Assembly (NCBI GenBank): GCA_050613775.1
Contig: JBODTK010000001.1
Location: 372,001-436,000 of the forward strand
Reading direction: 5' to 3'
Length of the DNA: 64,000 bases
Source of the DNA: Neocallimastix sp. 'constans'
Taxonomy: Eukaryota
Shown here piece after piece: positions 44,205 to 58,392 of this stretch (its first letter is position 1; the number at the start of each line of letters is the position of its first letter). Both the position numbers and the translations under genes were made by a program. The notes below the pieces were generated by a model, which was given only the letters and a program-made list of their open reading frames with translations, ran no database searches and was not told the origin of the DNA.

Positions 44205-45670
44205 GATATTAACTAAATAATTATCATTATAATTATTTAAACGGAAACAATAAAATTAAAAATAAATAATATTTTCTTTTAATCTTTCATTATTTATTAC
44301 TATTTTTCTTTTAAATACAAATATTGTTCCCCCTCTATAAAAGAAATTAAAATTAACTTTCTTCTATATTACATGAATTTAGTTATTAATCATTACTTTG
44401 TAATTACATTAATCTCAATTATTATTATTTATTTTATTATTCTATTAAATTATTATTCGATATTAATATTAATGTAACTTATAATTCTAATAATTACATT
44501 TTATATATTCAAATATTATCGTAATATTGTTATTTTATTATCAATTCTATTATTATTTGTTTTACTTAATATAAGTTTCTGTATAAAATTATAAATTTAT
44601 TTTTAATTTAAAATTTAAAATAATAGAATAATATATATTTCATTTCTCTATTCAATTATAATATTACTTTATCTGTTATTTATTAATCTTTATTATTATA
44701 AACTACCTATTTGAGAAATAGAGAAATAAATATTTCTATATTTGAAAGGATTTTATTTTAGAAGGGAAAGTCAAATATTAGAAAAGGGAAAAATATGATT
44801 AAAGAAGTAGAGATATTAATAATAATAATAATTATTAGACTTTATTTAATATTTAATGAAATATATTTTAGAAGTTAAAATTATATTAATAAAGATATTA
44901 ATAAAATATTGATTATAAAAATACTAATAAAATATTAATAATATATTTGTATTCAATTATAATATTACTTTATCTGTTATTTATTAATCTTTATTATTAT
45001 AAACTACCTATTTGAGAAATAGAGAAATAAATATTTCTATATTTGAAAGGATTTTATTTTAGAAGGGAAAGTCAAATATTAGAAAAGGGAAAAATATGAT
45101 TAAAGAAGTAGAGATATTAATAATAATAATAATTATTAGACTTTATTTAATATTTAATGAAATATATTTTAGAAGTTAAAATTATATTAATTAAGATATT
45201 AATAAAATATTGATTATAAAAATACTAATAAAATATTAATAATATATTTGTATTTGTTATAGAGTATTAATAAAAATATAAGATAAATTATTACAAAGAT
45301 ATCCATTATAAAATTTATTAATAAAAGATAAAAATATAAAATACAATAATAAAAGATTTTTTATAAGAATATTTATTATCAATTATATTAACAAAATTTG
45401 TTATAATAATATTTATTATAAAATATATTAATAAAATATTTGTTTTAAGAATATTTATTGTGAAATATATTAATAAAATTTATATATTAAATATTATTAA
45501 TAATATTTAGTATAAATTATTGATAAAAATTAATAAGAGTTATAGAGCATTAATATTAATAAAAGTTATAAAATATTTTTAAAATATTGATACAATATTA
45601 TGATTATTTAGAAGTTTGGTTTATAATTATTTTTATTATTAAGTTAAAGGTTTAAAATTTTGGTTTACAA
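44205..45670 (+). repeat. Dispersed AT-rich repeat, copy A (inverted relative to 51460-52712)
   Basis: Colinear blocks match the reverse complement of copy B. For example, GGATTTTATTTTAGAAGGGAAAGTCAAAT corresponds to GGATTTTATTTTGAAAGGGAAAGTCCAAT. Confidence 0.75.
44649..45253. repeat. Near-identical 301-bp tandem duplication
   Basis: TTCAATTATAATATTACTTTATCTG starts at 44651 and again at 44952. The two copies are almost identical. Confidence 0.95.
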
Positions 45671-46829
45671 ATTAATAAATTTTTAATAAATATAATGTAC
45701 CTTTCCTTTACCCGAAACATATACTATCTTAATTCTATTAGATATAGAATGTGATAATTAGGCGTTTCAATATTTCGTTAATTTTATTATTTAAATTGTA
45801 ATTTATAAAAGAATAATTATATAAAAATTAAATTATGTTTTATTGTAATATCGTATATAAATTGTTAGTTATTAAAATAAATAGATAGATCTTCTCGTGT
45901 ATTAAAAATATTAAGAATTTTTATAAACTATTAATTAATATATCTAATTTTAATGGTAAATTAGTAATATTTTTTCTAAAGTAATTTTCACGTTCCCTTT
46001 TATACATTTTTCTTAATTTTAACTTTTTCTAAACAATTATTAAATTATTAACATTAAATGTTTAAATAATTTATTATATTCTATTGTTATATTTTTGATC
46101 TATTTATTATCATTTTTTCTATTAAATACTAAATATTTTATAATTTTTATATTTTAATATTTTTATTACTCTTATTATTTTAAATGTAAAAAGTTTTGGA
46201 TGAGATTATTTTTAAAGGTTTCTTAGTTTGAGTTTAGTTGGTCAGATCATGATGAATGTTATAAATTATAACAATTAATTAAAATTATATTATATATTAC
46301 ACTCAAAGTTTTATTATTTAATTAAAAAATATAATATTTGAAATTATGTTTCATTAGAACTTTATTTAATATTTTAATAATAAATTTTATTATTATTAAT
46401 ATTAAGTTAATGTTAAGTTATGCTATAATAAATATAATTTTTTTTTGGTTAATAATCTTACAAAGATTTTAAAGAATGTAATTTCAAATTTTTTTTATAT
46501 TAATCTAAAATAATAATTAACGATATAATTAAATAATACATTTAATCTTAATATATTTATACAAGTATTTTAACTATATAAAAAATAATAATAAAATAAT
46601 ATTGATAAGAATCTTTTAATAAAATAACTCTATAATTATTAATAAAACAATTTAATATCAAAATAAAATAAAAATAAAATGATTTAAGATATTAAAACTA
46701 ATTAAAATCTCTTTGGAAATCTTTAGAATTATAAAGAATTCTTTAAAATCTTTTAGAAATCAATTAATTAACTTATATTATAATAATTTATTATACTAAT
46801 AAGTTATTTAAAATATTATAAACTATTAC

Positions 46830-49425
46830 TAATTACTAATGTTCCTGGAGCATTACATAACCATAATGGTATTACCAGAATTTGATAGTTCCCAAAAGTC
46901 GTGGTAAAGTTTGCTTTTGGAATATCTTTTGGGTTCATTTGAATTTGATAGAACCCTGAAAATAGATCAATAGTAGTAAACACTTTAATTGTTCGTCCTA
47001 TAAAGAAAAGAATATCATCAATTAGAGGAATGAAATAAGCATCCAATGGAGTAACGTTGTTCAACTTCCGATAATCCACGCACATACACCACTTGCCATT
47101 TTTTTTAAGTACTAATATGACAGGTGACGACCATGGTGAATTAGAGGGTTCAATTTATTTATTGTTAAGTAATTTGGTAATTTTAACCTTTAATGCCTCG
47201 GATTAAGCTTTGGATAAACGGTAGGCTTTTTGTTTAATTGGTAAAGTGTCTTTTTCTAATGTGATAGAGTGTAAATAATAACTTTGATTCGCCTAATTCT
47301 TCTATACTTATTGCTAATACTTCCTTGTAGTCATTAAAAAGGTATCTAATTACCTTCGAATTCTTCTAGGAACCTGTTTTAAAATATTTCCAAGTAGAGC
47401 TTCTTTCTCTTCGCTGCACAGCATGACTAATGATAACTAGGCAGATTTTTCTTTTAAATTTCTCTTTTCACAAATGAAGCAATGAAGTAAAGAATCGTTT
47501 GTTAAATCAATCTAATTATTTTTGTCATGGATATCTTCCTTAAAATCTGTTTGAACTTCTTCTTCAATGGTTTGAGCTTAGTCTTCACTAGTTTGAACTT
47601 CTTCATCTGAAGATGAAGGTGTTATTTTCATCAAAGTTTTATCGTCATTCATGTTACAATGGTAGTTGTCATAAGGATTAATAAATAATTTGTTTTCTTT
47701 AAATGTTTTATAATCTACTAATACATAATACAATCCTTGATTCTCATCGATTACCTGAATACGTCTGAAATCGCAAGATTACCAAAGGTTACCGTTAAAA
47801 CGTATAATTCCAAAGACATTCTAGTCTTAGAAGTTACTTGGATGATATTATTAGTGGTAAATCCAAAAGGTGTTATTTCCTTTAACTTCTTTAGGAAACT
47901 ACGTGTTACGATATTGATACTCGCACACGTGTCGAGAAATTCAAAGCCATTTATGTCATTGATTAGGCACTCTGTAGTTGCTATTCCTTATTGATGGTTG
48001 GGCTATAGCTGAAACATCAATTTCATTTAATACCTCAGTTTTTAGTACAGGATTCTGAAACATCGGGGATGGTTCTGGAACTTGTTCATGGTTTTGTGGT
48101 GATGAGATGGAAACTGGATTATCTTTTAACGAAGTAATTTTTGTGTATGGTTTAGTTTAGTTAGAAGTTTATCAGATCTATTTCTGCTGACGGCGGTAGC
48201 AACTAGATCTTCGGTTTGGGTAGAGGAAGTTTTCCTTTTTCCTTCAATTAGTTTAAAGATCTTCTATTTTCTTCTAACTTACCGAATTCCTCCATCTCAG
48301 CAAGTTCCTTATAAGAGTAAGGGCATAACTTCATTACATATCCTAATTGATATAGCATTTGTAGCATCAATATTTTTTGTTTTTATTAACTTTCTTGTTT
48401 TCAATTTTTCCTGTTCTGTTTGATTGATTGCTCCTAACATCATTCCTACTTTATGTATAATTACTTCTACATAACCTAAATAGATGTTGGTGGCTTCCTT
48501 TGTTAGCCGAATAAATGGTAGTGAAAACCTTATCACTAGAGAAATTTTTAGCGTTCGTCTCAGTTCTCTCGGCCAATTCAACTTCCTCAAAGACTTCCTC
48601 TAAGTCAATACATTGATTGGTAGTCACTTTTGCCCTCGTGTATGGTCTATATGAAATGGATTTAGCGTAATCATTGACAGTAATAAATTCTTGGTATAAC
48701 CTTGGCAGATTATTATACAACTTCTTGTATCTCCAGTTGAAGTTTTTAATAATCTCATTCTTTTTTTTTTTTATTTTTTGTAATCTTTTTCACTTCAACT
48801 GAGGAGTCAATTCTAATGCATCTTCTAGGACCTTTTTCACTTATTTAACTTTAGGATAAACTTCTTCACCATCTTCGTTAGTACTAACTAAGTCTTGAAG
48901 AACACCTCGTAGCTTTCCTTCTACACACTCGATAGCCCAAGTATATATTAAAGATGGAGTGTTAATATCCGCTAACTTCATTAGTCTAACGAATTCTTAG
49001 GACCAAGTGTCAACATATTTGCCAGATTCATCCAATCTGGGTAAAAGATCTTCCAATTTCATGATTTTCATATTATTAACTTTGTGATTATTTCTAATTA
49101 AATATTATTATTATTATTATTACAATATTTTTTTTTATTAAATTTAATTTTTTTATTAAATTTAATTTTTTTATTAAATTTTAATTTTTTTTTATTAAGA
49201 TTATTATTTTTTTTTAATTAAATTTTTTTTTATTAATTTTTTTTATTAAATTTTTTTTATTAAATTTTTTTATTAAATTTTTTTTATTATATTTATTTTT
49301 TCTTTATTATTACTAAATTTATTTATTTTTTTTCAATTACTCATCCATCAATCTTTCAAATTTAATAATTTTATAATCTTTTCATATTATTACTATTTTG
49401 TGTCCTGCAGAGCTCGCCAGATTTT
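46830..49425 (-). mobile_element. Ty3/Gypsy LTR retrotransposon 1 (gag, protease, 5' half of RT), truncated and disrupted
   Basis: Gag from 49071 reads MKIMKLEDLLPRLDESGKYVDTWS*EF. The protease reads FLDTCASINIV. The RT reads PSNSPWSSPVILVLKKNGKWCMCVDYRKLN, IDLFSGFYQI and LCNAPGT, then ends abruptly. Confidence 0.93.
49403..49419 (-). promoter_or_regulatory. Primer-binding site of Gypsy 1 (probably tRNA-Arg)
   Basis: The minus strand reads TGGCGAGCTCTGCAGGA, 5 nt after ...TGCATCA (putative LTR end). The complement ends CTCGCCA, like eukaryotic tRNA-Arg(ACG) 3' ends. Confidence 0.75.
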
Positions 49426-50623
49426 GATGCAACACAAGTTAACTATCAAAATGTTAGTAATAATATATCCGATTATTTTTATATATCATGGGAAAGAGAG
49501 AGTTTTAATTATTTTATTTTCATAATTTCTTAAATATATAATATTCCATCAATTTGATTTGTTAAAATAATAAAATTTTTAATTTAATTGGTTTCAAATT
49601 TAAATATAAAAATAATATAAATCATTAATATAAAATTATAAGAAAATATTAATAAAAATTATTATAAGGTATTGATATATGATTATTATAAAGTATTAAT
49701 ATAAAACTATTATAAAATATTGATATATGATTATTATAAAGTATTGTTGAAATATATTATATTTTTTTAAATATATAATTGAATATCTTATAATTTTTCA
49801 TTTTTTCATTGTCTCGTACCACAATTATGTTATAGTTCGAAGGATAACACATAATTTTAAAATAATCACAAACTATTTTATTTGTTTTATAATCTTATTT
49901 TACTTATATTTTATATTTATTTATACAATAATTATTTTATTTTTTTATTTTTATTATTTATTTTTATTATTTATTTTTATTATTTATTTTTATTATTTAT
50001 TTTTATTATTTATTTTTATTATTTATTTTTATAATTTATTTTTATTATTTATTTTTATTTTCTAAAAATTATTTCTTTTATTTCTTTTATTTTTTTTTTT
50101 TGTTCATTTTTTTATTTTCCTATCAATTTAAACATCTTTATATTTTTTTCAATAATTAAAGTTTTGAAAAGCCATTCAAAAAGATGGAAAAAGATAGAAA
50201 AGAACAGGAAATTTGAATAAATTTTATATTATTAATAATTTTTGTTTATATTTTAATAAATATTTAACTTCTATAACTATTTATTAATAAATTACTAGAT
50301 ACATATAATTAATTATAATAATAATATAAAGTAATGATAATTTTTGTAAACATACAGAAATAAAAATTGAAGTAGGGTGTATTTAATTATTTTAAGGGTA
50401 CTTTTAATAATTAATATTGTAATGATGTAATATGATTAGAATATTAATAGAAACTTATTTAGGTTTTTCTTCTAATCTTTTCCTAAATAAGAAATTTATA
50501 CTATAAGAAAGACTATATTTAATTTAGAATTATAAAAATAATAAATAGAGACTCTTAAGTTTAAGAAATTAAGAGTTATTATTATAAGAAAAATAATAAT
50601 AACAATAAAATTTTTTAAATTAA

Positions 50624-50657
<34 letters not shown>

Positions 50658-51164
50658 TAATTTTTTTTAAAATAATTTGTATTTATTATTTTTTTTTTAA
50701 AAAAAAAATAAATAAATTGAATTCATCTAAATTTTCTTGCAATAAATTCGATTTTCTTTATTTATAAACCAATTTTAAAATTTCTCAATTTTAATTAATA
50801 ATAATATTATTAAAATAAAATTGTAGTTTAGAAATTGTAATAAATGAATTTTTATTTCAATTTCTAACAAATTATTGATAACGAATGAAATTATAAAATC
50901 AAATATTATAATAAAAATTATTTAAAAAAATTCATTTTAACCTTACATCAGATTAAATTATATAAACCTTAAATAATTCTACCTTAATAAAATTAAAATT
51001 AAAAATTAATCATGATCTTCTATAAAAATTGTATTGCTAGAAAATATTGTAAAAATTTTAAAAGACAACTTTTAATAATCTTATTCTTATCAATGATATT
51101 ATTTCTTTATATTCTTTATTGTTATTCTTTTATTTTATTATTCTTTATTCCTTTATTTCTATAA

Positions 51165-51342
51165 TAAAATATATTTATTCTTTTATTTCTTTTGATATAT
51201 TATAATACATTTATTCTTTTATTTCTTTTGATATATTATATAATATATTTATTCTTTTATTTCTTTTGATATATTATATAATATATTTATTCTTTTATTT
51301 CTTTTGATATATTATATAATATATTTATTCTTTTATTTCTAT
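51165..51342. repeat. Minisatellite, ~37-39 bp unit, ~4.5 copies
   Basis: ATATATTTATTCTTTTATTTCTTTTGATATATTATA is repeated. Confidence 0.9.
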
Positions 51343-51459
51343 AATTCAATCTGATTTAAGATTAAAAATTAATTTTTAAATAAATTTTATTATAATATTT
51401 GAATTTATAATTTCACTTTTCATCATTGATGATACAACATATCATAAAAAATACATTAA

Positions 51460-52712
51460 TTCCCAAATTAAAACTTTAAACTTTTAATTACTTAATAATA
51501 GAAATAATATTAATATTTTATCAATATCTTATGAATACTTTATAGCTTTTATTAATATTTTATAACTTTTATTCAATATTTTATAACTTTTATTAATAAT
51601 AATATTCTATAACTATTATTATTTTTTAACGATAGTATATACTAAATATTATAAATATTTTATAAATATTTTAAAATAATAAATTTTAATAATAAATCTT
51701 ATAATAAATATTCATATAGTAAATCTTTATTAATATATTTTATAACTATTCTTATAATAAATCTTATTTTTATTAATATTTACAATAAATATTCTAATAA
51801 TAAATTTTATTAATATGTTTTATAATAAATATTATTTTATTAATATTTTAAATAATATATATATTTTTTAAATATTTTATTAATAAATTCTGGAAATGGA
51901 TATTCCACCTTTATAATAATATATTTTATGTTTTAATTAATATTTTATAACAAATACATAACATTTTTTATAATAAAAACTTTATTAATATTCTTATTAA
52001 TACTCTTATAATAACTATTAATATTTTATTAACTTCCTAACAATTATTAAGTTCAATAATAAATATTTTAATATCTTTACTACCCAATCAACATTTTCCC
52101 TTTTCCCTACATTGGACTTTCCCTTTCAAAATAAAATCCTGGCAAATACAGAAATATTTCTTCTGTATAATAAAATAAAAAAAATAGAATAGTAATATAA
52201 TAAATAATAAATAAAATATTATTATAGTTAAATAAAGAAAATAAATATATTATTAAAACTTTCTGAATAAAATTATAAATTTATTTTTTATTTAAAATAT
52301 TAGAATAAATGAAACAAACAATAATAGAATAGTTAATAATAAAAATAACAATATTACAATAATAGATGAATAAATAAAATTTAATAATTAGAATAATAAA
52401 TTATGCTAATGTTAGAATTGAATGATAATTAATTATAATAGTATAATAAATAATATTAATAATAACCAATATTAAATATTATAATAAGATAATAATTAAT
52501 AATTAAAAATTCATGTAATATAAAAGGATGAAATTTTTTTTCTTTTTTAAAAAGGAACAATAAATTTGAATGATAAATTTGAACAATAAATTTATATTTA
52601 AAAATAATAATTTTGTTTAAAAATAATTAAATAAAAAAAATATTAATAATATTATTTGTTTTTTTATTGTTTCTGTTTAAGTTAAATATATTAATAATTA
52701 TTTAGTTAATAA
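51460..52712 (-). repeat. Dispersed AT-rich repeat, copy B
   Basis: Reverse-complement similarity to 44205-45670. Confidence 0.75.
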
Positions 52713-53688
52713 AATTAAATTATTGATTAGAAAATACAGGTGTTCACATATCAAGGTATCAGGTTTGAGGATACGGTACCACCATAAATACCATAATTTA
52801 GTGAAGGTTAGGTTAGAAATTATTAAATGAAATCTCATTGGTTAATAACAATTTAGTAATTATATATATAATTAGTATTAATAATAATTTAAAGAACGGT
52901 TCTTTTATTAATATTAATTTAGTTTCATTAATAATTTAACCCATAAACATGTTTATTAGTATAGTTTAGTGTAATTTTATATTTAGTTTACATTAATAGT
53001 ATTAGAGATTTTATTAATTAATTATATTTTATTGAATGATTTTATTATATTTTAACTAGTTTATAAATATTTTATATTGATGAATAATAAATAATGTATT
53101 TTCATTGATGAATGATAATAAATACATAAAATAAATAAATTAAATATTGAAGTGTGAATATTATTATTGTGTATATTATTCTATATAATATTAGAATATA
53201 TTATTTTATCAATTATTCCCTACTGTTCTTTTCTTTTATAAAATAAAATAAAAATTGATATTAATGTTTTATAAATATCACTTATCAAATTTAATACAGA
53301 ATGAACAAATAATACTAATTGTACTAAAATAATAAAATTATTCTAACCTTATAGATTATTCTATTCTATATAATTGAGACTTTTCAATATTCTTTAAATC
53401 TAATAGAAATATTAATAAATCACCAATTAACTTATAATTCCTTATTAAATTATCTAGCCTATTCCGTTATATTATATTAAAATCTTTAACTAAGAATATT
53501 GTCCTTGCCCACCCAATATATTAATATTATATTTCTTATGTTATATTTTGTATTGAAAATAATCAAATCTTTTTATTATTAAAATTTTCATTATCAATTT
53601 AAATTTATTTTTAACTACTAAATTTAACTAAACCACAATAAAATATTCTGTATAATTTTTTTTTTAGGTAGAAAATTTAGGTTAGAAA

Positions 53689-53938
53689 TGTGACAAATAT
53701 TAGTTATAATTGAAATTCACTAATAGATCAATTTCGTAATTGACAAAATTTATATTAAATTTGATTTTTATTATAAAAATAAATATTATGAATATTAAGT
53801 AATTAGAAACAAAAGGGTTTGGACTAATTTATTAAAAGATAATTTAACTTAACCCTTAATAAATTAATAAAAATAAATAGAAAAAAGTTTTACAATAACT
53901 TGAAAAATAATAGAAATACCATATTGTGATTTTAGCTT
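53689..53938 (+). repeat. LTR-like repeat, copy 1
   Basis: Begins TGTGAC and is a diverged direct repeat of 55333-55594. Shared blocks are TTGAAATTCACTAATAGATCAATT, AAAGGGTTTGGACT and TTAACCCTTAA. Confidence 0.7.
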
Positions 53939-55321
53939 GTGTAACCATGAATCCTACAACAGAAAATTATAAAAAATTTTCAAAATATTTAATAATTCAA
54001 GAAATTAATTTGAAATTAAAGATGGATTTAATTTCAATTATCTTAATTATCCACTTCCATCTTATTTTAAGAAATAAAAATTATAAATTTGTCCTGTATT
54101 TTTTAATTTTTGTTTTAATTCTATTTAAAATATTTTTTTTTGTATATATTGTAAAAAAACTTTATTATTTTTAAATTCGTCAATTTTTTCGTTTTCATTG
54201 TTCAAAAGAATTTTTTTATAATTCTCTTTTTCTAATAAAATTTTGAAATTTATTTTTAATTTGTATATCTTTAATGTCTTCATTATTTCCATTTTTGAAA
54301 TTTGGAATTTCAATATTTTAATCTCATAAAAAATGAAATTCAATGTCATTTTCTGAATTTTTATTTAATATTTATATTGAATATCAAAAAATTTTATTCT
54401 ATTTTTATTTATCTTTTGATCTTCATAAAATAATGTAATTTCTTCAAATGTAAATATAATTAAATGGAAATCTTTTTGAAAAAGAATTTCAAAGTCTTAT
54501 TCTATATTTTTGATTTTTTACTAAAACTGTAATGTCAAATTTTTTATTAGTTTTTTATTTAAAGGTATTATAAAAATACTTAAAATCTCCTGAATTGTCG
54601 TAACCTTTTTTTTTTAATAATGTTTTAATATATTAATATTAATATCATTATCTATTTTATTGATACAATTAGAAGTTTAAAATAATTAATTATTGATTAA
54701 AAAGTTAATTTTTTCTTATAATTAATATAAATAATTTTGATTTAGTAAATATATAAGAATAAAAAAAATGGTTAAGAAATATGGTGTATGTTAATTTCAT
54801 TTTTTAAAATTTTAAATTAAAAATAAATTTAATCAATAAAATTAGTTTAGTAATATTAAAATATGAATTTATAAAATTTAGTATTTAACTAAATGAATTA
54901 AAATTAAATAATTAAATAATTTTAAATAAATAAATAAAATTATTTATATTAATAAATTAAATAATAAATATAACTTCTCCCAGTAAGAGATACTGAACCA
55001 GACGTATTTTATCATTTTTCATAAAAATATTATTAATAATTTCATTAAAATTTTTCATAAAAACATTAAGATTGGGTAAAATTATTGAATTTTTTAATTA
55101 AAAATTTTTCTCATTGCGTTACACTAAATTATATATTAACAAATATAAAATTCAATAAGTTATTAAGAAATATATCAATTTTTATAAATTATTCAATTTC
55201 AATTCAAAAAATTAGTTTTAAAATATTCACTTTAACTACCTACAAATTATTATTTAATTAAAATTAATTTAAACTTTAAATTATATTAATTTGGTTATTG
55301 ACACCTGGAATTCGATTTTCC

Positions 55322-55594
55322 TTAGGGGAGCGATATCACGAATATTAGTGGATTTAGAATTGAAATTCACTAATAGATCAATTGAAATTTAATTTTGTTA
55401 TTGACAAAATTATTTTAAATTCGATCAATTATAAAAAAAAAAATATTATGAATATTAAATAATTAGAAACCAAAGGGTTTGGACTCATCTATTAAAGATA
55501 ATTTAATTTAACCCTTAAGAAATTGTTAAAAATATTTAGAAGAAAAACATTGATAACTCGACAAATAATGGAAATATCATATTGTAATTTCCGC
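55322..55594 (+). repeat. LTR-like repeat, copy 2, with a preceding polypurine tract
   Basis: TTAGGGGAGCGA is followed by TATCACG (TGTCAC-like start). It is homologous to 53689-53938. Confidence 0.7.
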
Positions 55595-58392
55595 TAAAAT
55601 TATATTCATTAGAAAGCTTCGACTGAGAACAACAACATATATTAATTTCATCTTAATTTGACTACTTGGAGACGAAATATTGGACTTTAAAGGAATTTCA
55701 TTTATAAAAAATAATTTAATTATTTTAATAAGACCCTAATTGATTAATTAAAAATTTATATAAATAAAATTTTAACTTGAATTTATATTACTAATTTTTT
55801 TAAACCCTAACCTTTCTCAAACCCTGAAAAACTTTACAACTATATTTTCTATAATAAAGTATTTTATAAATATAATTTTTTTCTTATATTTTTATTAAAA
55901 AGCTGTTAAAATATTACAAATAATTCTATATTTTTATTAAATATCAATATCTATAACTTCTATTGTATTATTTTATTAAAATGTTTATTATTGTTTTAAT
56001 GGGATTTCCCATAATATAAGGTTTAAATTTTGTTAAGCAATAAAATAGAGCAGTTCCTTCTAGATCTGTAATTCCGTAATTTCTTTCATGTTAATGTTCT
56101 ACTTATATAGTGTATAGGATGCTCTTTTTTTGTTTCATCATCTTTTTGTAATAGGACACCACCAATGCCATCATACGATGCATCCGTTCGAATAATAAAT
56201 TCTTTCTAAAAACATGGAAATTTTAAAATTGGTGCATTCATTAATTTTTCTTTAAGTATATTAAAGCTATCATTTTGCTCTTTATTCCATCGGAATTCAA
56301 CATCTTTTCTTAACAATTTCCAGAGAGGAGCAGTGATTCGAGCATATTTATCGATGAAGTCTCGATAATAACCTATCGCCCCTAGGAAAGACCGTAATTC
56401 ATGGAGGTTTGAAGGAGGTTTCCAATTTTTAATTGATTCAATCTTGCTATCAAGAGGGCTCAGACCTTGTGCAGATTCTTTGTGACCGAGGACTTCAACT
56501 TCTGTTTGCATAAACGAACATTTTTCAATATTAAGTTTGTGTTCTTTGAAAAAAGCGAGTACTTTAGCAATATGTTCGAGGTGTTCTTCTAAAGATTTTG
56601 AGTATATAAGGATATCGTCAATGAAATTGAAAACAAAATCATCAATGAAAGGAAAGAGAATTTTGTTCATCTCACGTTGGAAAGTTGCTGGAGCGTTAGT
56701 AAGTCCGAAAGGCATGACTTTGAATTGATAATTTCCGAATTTTGTGGTAAAACTGGTAACTTCAACGCTTTCTTCATCCATAAGTATTTGATGATATCCG
56801 GAGTAAAGGTCCATTGTAGTAAATATTATAGCACCATCTAAACTATCGAATATTTCATCAATATTTGGAAGAGAATATGAATCTTTTATAGTAGCATCAT
56901 TGACTTTCTATATTCAACACACATTCTCCATTTACCATTTGGTTTAGAAACAAGAACAACAGGCGAAGACCATTCTGAGTATGATGGTTCAATAAGTCTT
57001 TTATTTATTAATTTGGTAAGTTCTTCTTTAAGAATATCTGTTTTAAGTTTTGAGATTCTATAAAATTTTTGTTTAATTGGTCTAGCACCAGGTTTAAGGT
57101 GAATTTTATGTGGAGATAAGTTCGAAGGTGTTAATTCTTCAGAAGAGGTCGCAATTATAACTATATTATCTTCTAGAAGTTTAATTATTTGATCTCGATA
57201 CTTTTTATTAAGAGTATTGGTAAATTTTTCGTTATGAATATATTCTCGAGGAGGAAGATCTTCCATTTTCTTAAGTTCTTTCTTAATAGATTCATTAGAA
57301 ATAACTTTTACAAAACAGACTAATTTTTCTTCATTTTCATATTGATTGTTTATAGGAGCAATTTCATCAACCGATCCATTATCATTGAATTGGCAAAGAC
57401 TATAAAGAATAGGATGAATAAACAATTTATGATCTATTTGAGTTTTCAAGTTAATAAGAATATCAAAGAAAGGATCTTCTTTATCTATAACTCTACATGT
57501 AGCAACCATATGGAAATTATTAATTTGTATAGGAATATTAATTAAATAATCTTCCGAATAATCATCATTAATAGTTGCTAGTCGGATTCTTCCATGACTG
57601 ATTCCAATAGGTTCATATACAGAAGGTAACTTTCTAAGGAATTGATTAGTAATAATATTTAAATTACTGCAAGAATCAATCAATGCTTTTCCTTTGACTT
57701 TTTCAACAGTAACGTCGACCATGGCTATATCATCTTCTTTGGGTTCTTTGTTTTTATTTTTATAAGTGTGATCAAGATTATTAACTATAGTAGTAGTAGT
57801 ACAAATGTTGTCAACGGCACCCGCTATCTTAATAGAATCTTTTTCTAACTTTAAACCTTTTGCAACTTGAGATCTGATTTTTGGTGATACTTCAAATAAT
57901 TCTCCAAATGTAATATTCATCGTCATCATCATCATCGTCATCGTCATCACTATAGTTTTCGCCATATTCCATATTTTGAATTACTTCTCTTGGTTCACCA
58001 GTTGAAGTTAAGATACATGCAGTAAAAATAGTTTCTGGATCATCTACATGTTGATATCTGATCCAAAATTTTAAATCTGAAGCCCAAGATCTAATATCGA
58101 GATGTTCTTTGCTTAGTTTTTCTATGTCTTTTAATTCTTTCTTGAGTTCTCTAAAGCTAATAGCGTGATTTTTGTTTATAACAGTTGGAATTGGAACTGC
58201 AGGATTTGAAGTTGATGGAGAAGATCCTGAACTCATTTTAACTAATATTGAAAGTAACAGAATAGAATTGAGCAAAATGAATATTTGAAAATAACTAATA
58301 AATAGTATTGACTGAAATAATATCAGATTTTTCTTGAATTTAATAATTCTAGTATAAACTAAAGTCCAATGACAACCAAATGTACTATTGAA

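Noticed and set aside
45700..46030. Integrase tail of Gypsy 1
   Set aside because: Only faint coding traces are present and no DDE or GPY/F motif is recognisable.
53926..54349. Short ORFs on both strands as genes
   Set aside because: They are low-complexity AT-driven frames with no motifs.
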